IMG/VR virus record: IMGVR_UViG_3300037755_000886
Location: 19,820-83,819 of that record
DNA: 64,000 nucleotides
Direction: 5' to 3' (one strand)
From: a virus
Taxonomy: Duplodnaviria > Caudoviricetes
Shown here: positions 34,404 to 42,335 of the stretch, piece by piece
Position numbering within the stretch: the first letter of the stretch is position 1
Layout: each line of letters starts with the position of its first letter
Program-made: the position numbers and the translations under genes
The notes under the pieces: generated by a model
Database searches by the model: none
The model's input: the letters and a program-made list of their open reading frames with translations, nothing else
Told to the model about the DNA's origin: nothing

Positions 34404-36469
34404 CGGTCGACGACGTCACGGCGACGCACCGCGCGACGGTTGCCGTGCTGACGGGACGGCTCGATCGGGACCTTGGCGTCCCGGAGCTGCTCAACGAGCG
34501 CCTCAACGTCGACACCGAGGCGGACCGTGAGGTCATCGACCGGGACCACGTTCTCGTCGCCCATCGCATCGAGCACCCGGGCCAGCAGGTCGCCGGTCTC
34601 CTTGGCCAGCTGCACCTTCGGTGGTGCCGGCGCCCGTCGGACCAGATCGACGCCGAGGGCCCCGATGCGCTCGTGGTCCTGCTGGCTGAACAGGTAGGTC
34701 TTGACCTGCTGGATGCCCTTGTGTGCCTGGAAGCCCGACGGGTTGACGAGGCAAACGCCCTGGTAGTCGTCGGGCCAGCGGCTCGTGTCGTAGCCGTCAC
34801 CCACCCGGCCGGTGCCGAGGACCAGGTTCGAGTCGGCGGCGTTCATCGTGCGGAACGCCACCCGGATCCCGAGCGATGCCTGTGCGCCACCGAGGGTGTC
34901 GGAGTCGAAGCGCTGGCCGGCGATGATCGGGACGATGCCGCCGGAACGCACCATCTGTGACAGGCCCATGACCCGCTCCTGGATCAGGGACCCGTGCTTG
35001 CGGTGGGCGACCAGGAAGTTGAGCTCGTCGATGATGACCGGAACCAGGGGCAGCCCGAACTCGGGGTTGCCGGTCACGGCCGGGGTGATCTGGCCGTGCG
35101 GCATGAGTCTGGGGTCTTCGCGGCGCAGGCTCGAGATCAGCTTGGCCCGGTCCTCGCGCATCCCGTAGACGACGTCCAGCATCTCCAGGCACCGCTTGGC
35201 GCCGTCGTCACCGCACCCCTCGCCGGACCACAGGACCGCTTTCTCGTACATCGAGAACCCGCCCTCGCCCTTGCCGTCGTGGTACAGCGGCGTGGCCCGC
35301 GGGTCCAGGACCCCGGCGGCGAGAAGAGCCAGGACCAGCGTGGACTTCCCGTAGCCGGGAGCCGAGCAGATCCATGCACCGGAGGTCCCCGGGAGGACCA
35401 GGCCGTAGAGGTCCCCGAGGACCGTGGTCCCGACCGGGACCGGGTCCCACATGCTGAAGGTCCCGAGGTCCGCGAGTGGGGACCGCACGGGGTCCGCGGT
35501 CATGGGGTCCTCGTTGAAGATCGTGAGGAGGACCTGCCCGGCGTGTCCGGCCCTGGACAGGAGAAGGCGCTGCTCAGCGACCCGAAACGCCGAGGCCAAC
35601 TCCTCCCGCTTGGCGAGGACCTTGGAGGCCGTGGTCCCCTCGGGGAGGTCGATGAGGCCCTCCCAGCCCTCGGGTCCCCGGTCCCGGAGATACATGCCGC
35701 CAACGGTCATGGTGCCGGGGAAACTGGCGGCCGTGAAGCTGGCGACGACGCGGTCCGAGCGGACCAGGGTGCGGGCCGGGTCCTCCGATCCTGCGGTCCT
35801 CACGGGACCCGCGTCCGGGTCCGGGTCCCCGTTGGGCCGGCCGTTGTGGATGAGGACCGCGAGGACCCCGGCGGCGAGGACCGCACGGAGGACCGGGGAG
35901 ACCTCGGGGGACACGATCAGGAGGACCGCGGCGAGGACCGCGGCGAGGACCGCGCAGGTCTTCCACGTTCGCTCGTTGCGGGTCCGGTGGCGCTCCTTGC
36001 GCTCGTACTGCCGGGCCCGCCCGTTCTTGTTCTCGGCGGCGTGGCGCTCCATCGCCAGGGTCTCGGCGTCGATCGCGTAGCGGACCAGGTGAAGGGAGAG
36101 CCGCCACCCGCCCCGAACCGCCCACCCGACTGGGCGGACCGCGTACCCGCGCTTGATCCCGTGGTAGGCGGCCTGGTTGACCCCGTACCGCCCGGCGTGC
36201 GTCACGTTGCGCCGGACCCCGCTCGCGGTCTTCGCCCACGGCGGCAGGATGGGGAGCATCGCCGGGGCGACCCGGCCCGAGTCCTCGGCGTTGACATCCG
36301 GCTCGGCGACCACCGACACAGGCGGAGGGGGCAGGGTGTCGAGCTCGACCGTGTCCTCCGGATACGGGTCCCGCGGGTACGCCTGCCCCAGATAGATCTC
36401 CTGGTCGTCACCGCGTTTGAGGAGGTTCAGGGCGCGGCGGCCGTTCTGGTGGTCCGTGGTCGCGGTCAC
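34397..36469 (-). CDS. traB: FtsK/SpoIIIE-family conjugative DNA translocase (TraB/TraSA-like), 690 aa
   Basis: N-terminal TM pair; Walker A SAPGYGKST; Walker B VIIDELNFL; RSGGIVPIIAGQR; RVAFRTMNAADSNLVLG; short C-terminal wHTH-like domain; GTGA-coupled start at 36469. Confidence 0.88.
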   Translation of the reverse strand: MTATTDHQNGRRALNLLKRGDDQEIYLGQAYPRDPYPEDTVELDTLPPPPVSVVAEPDVNAEDSGRVAPAMLPILPPWAKTASGVRRNVTHAGRYGVNQAAYHGIKRGYAVRPVGWAVRGGWRLSLHLVRYAIDAETLAMERHAAENKNGRARQYERKERHRTRNERTWKTCAVLAAVLAAVLLIVSPEVSPVLRAVLAAGVLAVLIHNGRPNGDPDPDAGPVRTAGSEDPARTLVRSDRVVASFTAASFPGTMTVGGMYLRDRGPEGWEGLIDLPEGTTASKVLAKREELASAFRVAEQRLLLSRAGHAGQVLLTIFNEDPMTADPVRSPLADLGTFSMWDPVPVGTTVLGDLYGLVLPGTSGAWICSAPGYGKSTLVLALLAAGVLDPRATPLYHDGKGEGGFSMYEKAVLWSGEGCGDDGAKRCLEMLDVVYGMREDRAKLISSLRREDPRLMPHGQITPAVTGNPEFGLPLVPVIIDELNFLVAHRKHGSLIQERVMGLSQMVRSGGIVPIIAGQRFDSDTLGGAQASLGIRVAFRTMNAADSNLVLGTGRVGDGYDTSRWPDDYQGVCLVNPSGFQAHKGIQQVKTYLFSQQDHERIGALGVDLVRRAPAPPKVQLAKETGDLLARVLDAMGDENVVPVDDLTVRLGVDVEALVEQLRDAKVPIEPSRQHGNRRAVRRRDVVDRT

Positions 36470-36612
36470 GGCGCGCTCACCGCGGTGATGCAGCAGCTGG
36501 CGCCGGGCCGGACGATCGGCGCCGGCGGGTTGGTGATCAGCAACACGAGGCCGATGGCCCACGTGATCAGCCACACGGTGGCCAGCAGGAGCGGGGGCGG
36601 ACGGTTACGCAT
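36466..36612 (-). CDS. Small membrane protein (48 aa)
   Basis: TM LLLATVWLITWAIGLVLLI; overlaps both neighbours. Confidence 0.55.
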   Translation of the reverse strand: MRNRPPPLLLATVWLITWAIGLVLLITNPPAPIVRPGASCCITAVSAP

Positions 36613-37558
36613 CGGGGGTCTCCTCCATGCGGGCACGGGCGAGGGGCAGGATCTGGAGGCGGACCCGGTCGTTGTTGACCCGGTGCCCCTTCTTGCGCAG
36701 GGCCTCGGCCAAGGGCTTCCAGCTGGACAGCACGCCTGGATCGGCGGCGGCCAGTCGGCAGGCGACTGCGGCAAGCTCGTCGTCGGTCAGCGCCGCCTTG
36801 GTGGCCGGCCGGCGCGCCGGGGGCCGTTTGGCCGGGGCCGGCCGGGTGACCCGCGGGCGTTCAGGAGCCTCCGTCACCTCGACCGGTGCCGGGCCGGTGG
36901 GCTCCTCCTCCTGCTCGTCGACGTCGATCCCGGCGGCCGCGGCGATGATCCGGTACAGCTCCCGCTTGCGCGCCGGCGCGGCAGCGAGCGATCCGTGCCG
37001 GTCGGTCAACCGGGCCAGGAACCGGCGGCGCTCCAAGTCGAGGGCCTCGGCGTACGAGGTGATGCCCCACACCCGCATGCGGCGCCACAGGCGGAGCGTC
37101 GGCCACGGCGCGCACACCCAGCGGGCCAGCGGGATCCGGTCGGCGACCTCAACGAGGCGGGCCGTCATCGTGGCCTTGGCGGCCTCAACAGCGGCGGCGA
37201 ACAGGGCGGGCAGGGCGGCGTGGCCGAGGATCCCGAACAGCCCGGTCTTGCCGGCGACGTTCAACGCGATCGTGACGCCGATGAGCGCCCACGCGAACCA
37301 GCGGAGCCAGGCGACCTTGCGCTCCCCGCGGGTGAGAGCGAAGTCGAGGCCGGTGAAGAAGGCGATGGCGCCGTCAACGCTCGCGGGCAGCAGCCACGGC
37401 CGGTCCCATCCGTCGGCCGCGGCGACGGCGGCGACGTTCGTGAACGAGCCGATGGCGCCGAACGCTCCGAGGGCGGCGACACCCGTCAGCATGACGGGGA
37501 GCAGCAGGTCCCGGGAGACGCCCGAGGGGCGGACGCGGTCGAGAAGCGCGGCGGTCAT
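36605..37558 (-). CDS. DUF2637 / Spd-like membrane protein of actinomycete conjugative elements
   Basis: Four TMs, WLLPASVDG, then DRIPLARW..APWPT.RLWRRMR.W.ITSY. Confidence 0.8.
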   Translation of the reverse strand: MTAALLDRVRPSGVSRDLLLPVMLTGVAALGAFGAIGSFTNVAAVAAADGWDRPWLLPASVDGAIAFFTGLDFALTRGERKVAWLRWFAWALIGVTIALNVAGKTGLFGILGHAALPALFAAAVEAAKATMTARLVEVADRIPLARWVCAPWPTLRLWRRMRVWGITSYAEALDLERRRFLARLTDRHGSLAAAPARKRELYRIIAAAAGIDVDEQEEEPTGPAPVEVTEAPERPRVTRPAPAKRPPARRPATKAALTDDELAAVACRLAAADPGVLSSWKPLAEALRKKGHRVNNDRVRLQILPLARARMEETPDA

Positions 37559-38142
37559 CGGAACACCCCGGCGCGTCGCTGCCCGTTGGTGCGCTGCTGA
37601 TGGCACGACCGACCGCCACCCCCGCAGAGGGTGCGCAGGTTGGCGAGGTGATGGATGCAACCCGGCTCCCGATGGCGGCCGAGTGCAGCGTCGATGTGGT
37701 CGACCTCGAGATGCTCGGCGCTCCCGCACTGGGTGCACCGGTAGCCGTCCATGCGGCGACGGGCTGAGCGGGCCCGGTCGAACACATGGTTCTCGTTGGC
37801 CTCGTCAGCGCACCGTGGGCCGCAGAAGTTGTAGCGGTTCCGGGGGATCAGCCCGTTGCACCACCGGCACGCCCACGGCCCACCCTGCCAAGCGGACAGG
37901 ACGCACGCCCGGTAGATGTCGTCGCCCTGGAGCACCGGCGGACGGGGACGGGACTGCTCCCGGTGCAACCACTTCCCGAGCACGACGTAGGCCAGCCCGG
38001 CAAGGGCCGCGTCGATGGCGCGCCGCTCGATGTGGTGCGCCCACCGGTGCATGGCCCGGCGCAGGGATCGGCCGGCGACCCGCAGGACGAGGAACCCGAG
38101 CGCGACGAACACGACGAAGAGGAGGGTGAGGTCGGCGGTCAC
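37555..38142 (-). CDS. Membrane-anchored HNH endonuclease
   Basis: Two N-terminal TMs; CRWC..FCGPRC; CTQCG..LEVDHI...NLRTLC..CH. Confidence 0.8.
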   Translation of the reverse strand: MTADLTLLFVVFVALGFLVLRVAGRSLRRAMHRWAHHIERRAIDAALAGLAYVVLGKWLHREQSRPRPPVLQGDDIYRACVLSAWQGGPWACRWCNGLIPRNRYNFCGPRCADEANENHVFDRARSARRRMDGYRCTQCGSAEHLEVDHIDAALGRHREPGCIHHLANLRTLCGGGGRSCHQQRTNGQRRAGVFR

Positions 38143-39218
38143 GGCCGGTCCCCGTTGCCGTTGCTGCCGTTGCCCGCGTGGGCGGGCGCCGGGGGTGGCA
38201 CGTAGCCGGCCCAGTCGTTGCGGGCGTGCTGGTCGAGGGCGAGTCCGGCCAGGAACTCGCGGGTGTCCGCATGGACCTCACCGGCTCGGGTGCGCCACGC
38301 CTCGGCTTCCGGGCTCGGGCTAGCGTTCGGCGCGGGCGGGCCCGGCTCGGCGAACGGACGCGGCACGTACCCGGCGGGGACCAGTGGCTCGGCGAGTTCG
38401 TCGTGCGGGTAGTCGGCGGGACCCGCTTTGCGCTCGGCCCGCTTCGCCTTCCGGTCGGCCTTGCGCTGCGCCCGGGTCTTCTTCGGCGGCCGGGTCTGGC
38501 GCATCAACCACCGGTCGATGCGGCCGGGGCTCGACAGCTCCTCGTCGGGCACGCCGGCCTCGCGCTCGGCAGCCCACTGCCGCCCCCACGCGTCGCGGCG
38601 CCACATGCCGAAGCGCCGTACCTGGCGGGCGTCGCGGTGCCCTGCCCGCCAGTCGGATGCGACCCCGCGTGCCGCGCCCCGGATGCCCCGGCGCTTCACA
38701 CGGCGGACCGTGAGGCGGCACAGGCTCATCACGGCCAGGAACATGCAGCCGATCGACGAGACGATGGCGCCGATGTGGAAGCCGTCGGCGAGCAGCCCCG
38801 CGGTGCGGGCCGGCCGGCCGGTAGGCGTCAACGTGAGCAGCGGCTGCGGCCCGTCCTTCGACGGGATGAACCCGCCGCTGCCGTCGGATGTCGGCATGCA
38901 CTTGGGCGGCCAGTCCTCACATCGAATGCCCATTGACCGCTCAACCTGCGGTGTGACCGCGATCGTGTCGGCCACCGTCGCCATGGCGGCGTACAGCGGC
39001 CAGCAGATCAGTGCCGTGAGGACCGGCGAGAAGACCAGGAACCGGAGTCCCCACCGGACACCCCGGGTCGCGACCCGCGCGCCGACGAGCGCGTGGCTGA
39101 GGTCGAGGTGCAGGGGTGCGCCCTGCACTACCGCGTGTGCCGCGCTCGCACCATTTGCGGCGGCCTGGCTGGCGGTCTGGCGCAGCACCGTCCCAGTCGA
39201 CTGAGGCGACAGGCCCAT
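38139..39218 (-). CDS. Membrane protein in transfer operon
   Basis: Two TM regions plus basic and Pro-rich tail; coupled. Confidence 0.65.
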   Translation of the reverse strand: MGLSPQSTGTVLRQTASQAAANGASAAHAVVQGAPLHLDLSHALVGARVATRGVRWGLRFLVFSPVLTALICWPLYAAMATVADTIAVTPQVERSMGIRCEDWPPKCMPTSDGSGGFIPSKDGPQPLLTLTPTGRPARTAGLLADGFHIGAIVSSIGCMFLAVMSLCRLTVRRVKRRGIRGAARGVASDWRAGHRDARQVRRFGMWRRDAWGRQWAAEREAGVPDEELSSPGRIDRWLMRQTRPPKKTRAQRKADRKAKRAERKAGPADYPHDELAEPLVPAGYVPRPFAEPGPPAPNASPSPEAEAWRTRAGEVHADTREFLAGLALDQHARNDWAGYVPPPAPAHAGNGSNGNGDRP

Positions 39219-39221
39219 CGG

Positions 39222-39527
39222 TCAGGCCCCGATCCCGAGGAGCCCGAGGTGGTAGCGGAGGATCACGCCGGCGGGCACGGACGTGACCGACGGTCCGTCG
39301 ACTCCGCCGCCCTTGGCGCCACCGATCTTCTGGGCGATGGTCGTCAGAATGTCGATGCCGAGGGCGAACGCCGCGTCGTTTACCTGGGCCAGGACGTTGT
39401 GGATCATCCCAACCCCGCCCAGCGACACCCCGAACATGGCGCCCAAGAGCATGCCGTCCCACTGGGCGCCCCGGCGCGCCTTGGCGTAGACGAGCAGGAC
39501 CAAGAAGAACAGCGGTGGGGTGAGCAC
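39222..39527 (-). CDS. Small multi-TM protein, first gene of transfer operon
   Basis: Hydrophobic helices; GGAGG upstream. Confidence 0.65.
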   Translation of the reverse strand: MLTPPLFFLVLLVYAKARRGAQWDGMLLGAMFGVSLGGVGMIHNVLAQVNDAAFALGIDILTTIAQKIGGAKGGGVDGPSVTSVPAGVILRYHLGLLGIGA

Positions 39528-39572
39528 GGGGCCTCCGGGAGCGAGGGGGGTGCGGCATCAGACGTGGCCATA

Positions 39573-39629
39573 CATGCAGTGTCAACACTACATAGCTGCT
39601 ACCGTACCATGCAGTGGACTCACTACATA
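39573..39629. promoter_or_regulatory. Twin operators CATGCAGTG-N4-CACTACATA overlapping divergent promoters
   Basis: Copies at 39573-39594 and 39608-39629, each a near palindrome; TTGACA on minus 39585-39580; TACCAT on plus 39605. Confidence 0.8.
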
Positions 39630-39681
39630 CGGGCCCACGAGATCCGTTAGCGGGTGACTACCGTCAGGAGGTCAGCGGGCC

Positions 39682-39996
39682 GTGACAGCGAGGGGCCGGA
39701 TACGGTCCTGTGCCGTGGCCCCCACGCGACCGCTCCTCAGTGACCTGATCAGTGCGCGGGAAGTGGCCCAACTACTTGGACTCTCGGGACCAACGACGGT
39801 CAGCGTTTACCGGACCGCCAGGCGACCCGACGGCACGCTCCGCTACCCCGACTTCCCCCCTCCCGTGCTCCCCCGCCACGACGACCCGACGAGCGGTCAG
39901 TACTGGTGGCGGCCAGACATCCTGAAATGGCGCGCCAAGCACCCAGCGATCGGGCGCCACCGATCCGACGGCGACGATGTCACACCCCCCTCGTAG
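39682..39996 (+). CDS. AlpA-like HTH regulator divergent from transfer operon (Kor-like)
   Basis: LISAREVAQLLGLSGPTTVSVY...DFPPP...W.RPDILKW. Confidence 0.75.
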   Translation: MTARGRIRSCAVAPTRPLLSDLISAREVAQLLGLSGPTTVSVYRTARRPDGTLRYPDFPPPVLPRHDDPTSGQYWWRPDILKWRAKHPAIGRHRSDGDDVTPPS

Positions 39997-40062
39997 TCTG
40001 AGGCCAGGCGCGCCACCGCCCGTCCCGTCCCGCCGCGAGGCCAGGGCGGAACGCGACAAAGT

Positions 40063-40100
40063 CCGCCGGCCGTGACCCCCGTGAGGGTCGCGGCCGGCGG
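40063..40100 (-). terminator. Intrinsic terminator of late/lysis transcript
   Basis: 16-bp stem CCGCCGGCCGTGACCC / GGGTCGCGGCCGGCGG followed by ACTTT on minus strand. Confidence 0.65.
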
Positions 40101-40128
40101 CAGCAAAGGTAGCGATCAGGGGTCGGGG

Positions 40129-40335
40129 TCAGGTCGTGTAGGTCACCCAGAAGTGCCAGGCCAACCACACGATGAACGCCGCGGTGATGGCGGCGGGGAT
40201 GAACCGGTGGACGGTCTGGGTCAACGTGGGGTAGCGGTCGTGGCGGCGGCGCAGGGCCACGGCCTCGAGGGCGAGGAACGCCAGGAACCAGGCGGGCCAC
40301 GCCAAGGTGAACAGGACAGACCAGGTGTCGTTCAC
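40129..40335 (-). CDS. Small membrane protein (lysis cassette)
   Basis: Two TMs. Confidence 0.65.
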   Translation of the reverse strand: MNDTWSVLFTLAWPAWFLAFLALEAVALRRRHDRYPTLTQTVHRFIPAAITAAFIVWLAWHFWVTYTT

Positions 40336-40342
40336 GGCCGGG

Positions 40343-40627
40343 TCAGGGCCGCCCGTTGGGCCGTTCGGGTACGGCGACGTCGACCCGATTGGCGAGGTCG
40401 TTCACGGCGCCAGCAGCCGAGCGCGACTCGGTGATGGCGTCCCGGACGGTCGCAGTCGGGATCACGTTGTAGCGGGTGAGGATCCCGGCGAGCAGCGGCA
40501 GGCCGACCAGGATCGCGGACCAGGCGTTGAAGCCTCCGCCGGCGTCCTGTCCGGCGCGGATGATCTCGGTGACTGCGGCGAGCACAGCAGCGGCGAGCGC
40601 GGCGATCACTGCGGGTTCCTTCTTCAT
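40343..40627 (-). CDS. Holin
   Basis: KKEPAVIAALAAAVL; two TMs; downstream of endolysin. Confidence 0.7.
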   Translation of the reverse strand: MKKEPAVIAALAAAVLAAVTEIIRAGQDAGGGFNAWSAILVGLPLLAGILTRYNVIPTATVRDAITESRSAAGAVNDLANRVDVAVPERPNGRP

Positions 40628-40671
40628 GGGGTGTGTCCTCCTCGGACGGTTTGGTCGGTGGGAGAACGGGG

Positions 40672-41295
40672 TCAGCGGGCGAGCGCGAACGTGGCGACCG
40701 CGACGAGGACACCGACCATGACAACGGCGAGGCCCATCACGGCGAGCATGTTGGCGTTCGACGCCGACTTTCCCGCGTGCGCGCCGCCGGCCGTGTCGAT
40801 GCGATGCCGGACGTCGGCCAGCTGGGATTGCAGGTCGGCGATCTGGTTGACGAGACCGGCGATGAGCGCGGACACTTCGCCCTTCAACGCGAACGTGGCC
40901 TGCTGGTCGGTCAGGGTCTGGCGGAACTCGTTGACCGCGGCCAAGCGCTCGGTCAGGGCCTTCTCGGCCTTCAGCGTCGCTTCCTTGGCCGCGGCGAAAG
41001 CGGCGTCCGTAGCGGTCTGGGCGGCCGCCAACGCCTTCTCCCTGGCCTGCTCCTCGCCCTCGAAGCGCTGCTGGTAGCGCTGGTCCTTCTCGGTCGCGAG
41101 GTCACGTTGACGGGCGTCGTCCGCGGCCCGCAACGCGAGGTGGCGTTGGTCGAGGGCTTCGATGGCCGTGTTGATCGCGGCGAGAGCGACCAGTTCAGTT
41201 TGGGCCTGGGCGGCCATCTGGAGCGTGAAATGCTCGAAGACGGTCCCCAACGTCCACTCGCCGGATATGGCTGGCATCGGGGCAACCGCCGTCAC
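40672..41295 (-). CDS. Coiled-coil protein with C-terminal TM (lysis-associated)
   Basis: Helical repeats; C-terminal MLAVMGLAVVMVGVLVAVATF. Confidence 0.65.
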   Translation of the reverse strand: MTAVAPMPAISGEWTLGTVFEHFTLQMAAQAQTELVALAAINTAIEALDQRHLALRAADDARQRDLATEKDQRYQQRFEGEEQAREKALAAAQTATDAAFAAAKEATLKAEKALTERLAAVNEFRQTLTDQQATFALKGEVSALIAGLVNQIADLQSQLADVRHRIDTAGGAHAGKSASNANMLAVMGLAVVMVGVLVAVATFALAR

Positions 41296-42326
41296 GCCTC
41301 AAGCCGGCGGCGCAGCTCCTCGGCGACCGCCCACCCGGCCATCTCGGCGAGCTCGGCGAGCTGTTCGGGGGTGAGGGCCACGGTTGCCTCAACGACGGTC
41401 GTGTCACCCGCGGGCCACGCACGGGGCAGCAAGGTCCTGTCGTAGAACATCCAGTCGGGCACCTCACCGGGCTCACGGAGTCCCGACTTGGCGCCGGTGG
41501 CCACGATCCAGTCGCGGATGCCCTGGTGGCCGGCGACCTCCTCGGGGGTCATGGGCCGCACGAACTGGTCGGACGACAGCGCCTTGTACACGCCCTGGTG
41601 GCCGGGCGGTCCGCCGACCTCGACGAACCACTTCGAGCCGGGCTCGGTGATCAGCAGGTACGTCTCGATCATGTCGTCGTCCTCCTCGGGTTCGGGGGTC
41701 GTGGTCTCGGTCATGCGTGCCCAGAAGGCGTCGGTGACGACGTTCTGGTCGACGGTGTTCCCGGGGATCCCGGGGACGCGGGTGACGGAGTTGTATTGCC
41801 AGGCGTCCCAGTCGGACCACGCCGGCGGGAGCGCGGGCCGGAAGTTGGGGGGCACCGTGCCGGGCCGGTTGGTTCCGTAGTTGGCGATCCACAGCGCGCA
41901 ATGCGACGGGGCGTGCCGGGAGAATCCGACGGTGGCCATCCCGCAGTAGATGGTCGACTCGCGGCCGACCTGGCGGGCGACCTCATCGCAGAACGCCCCG
42001 GCCCACAGGTCGATCTCGTCACGGCCGAGGCCGTGCGGGTTGACCTCGATGTCCGCGGCGGGGAGCATCCGGCCGCGTCCGTGCCCGCAGATGACGGCGT
42101 GCTGCGCCTGGCGGCGAGGGTCGGCGTCCGGGACGCAGAAGTAGTAGGTGCCGTGCGGGAGGCCGACCGCTTCGGCTCCGGCGAGGTTCTCGTTCGCCCG
42201 CGAGTCCCGGTAGAGGCCGCCGTCGGCGCCACCGACCTTGATCCACGCGCCTTGCACCCCGGAGTCCTTGACGGCCTGCCAGTCGATGCGGCCCTGGTGG
42301 ACGGAGACGTCGATCACTCGGACCAT
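41292..42326 (-). CDS. Endolysin, GH25 muramidase
   Basis: IDVSVHQGRIDW, GTYYF, AADIE, WIANY, WQY, VDQN. Confidence 0.92.
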   Translation of the reverse strand: MVRVIDVSVHQGRIDWQAVKDSGVQGAWIKVGGADGGLYRDSRANENLAGAEAVGLPHGTYYFCVPDADPRRQAQHAVICGHGRGRMLPAADIEVNPHGLGRDEIDLWAGAFCDEVARQVGRESTIYCGMATVGFSRHAPSHCALWIANYGTNRPGTVPPNFRPALPPAWSDWDAWQYNSVTRVPGIPGNTVDQNVVTDAFWARMTETTTPEPEEDDDMIETYLLITEPGSKWFVEVGGPPGHQGVYKALSSDQFVRPMTPEEVAGHQGIRDWIVATGAKSGLREPGEVPDWMFYDRTLLPRAWPAGDTTVVEATVALTPEQLAELAEMAGWAVAEELRRRLEA

Positions 42327-42335
42327 GGCGGCCTC

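Noticed and set aside
34994-37600. 868-aa plus-strand ORF (also 987-2447, 32590-34119, 36627-38129 and similar long antisense ORFs)
   Set aside because: Shadow ORFs antisense to well-supported genes; stop-poor frames are expected in high-GC DNA and they show no protein motifs.
32084-39996. An independent AICE inserted in the phage
   Set aside because: No second integrase, excisionase, RepSA/RepAM-type initiator or flanking direct repeats seen at the module borders; cannot be fully excluded without comparative genomes.
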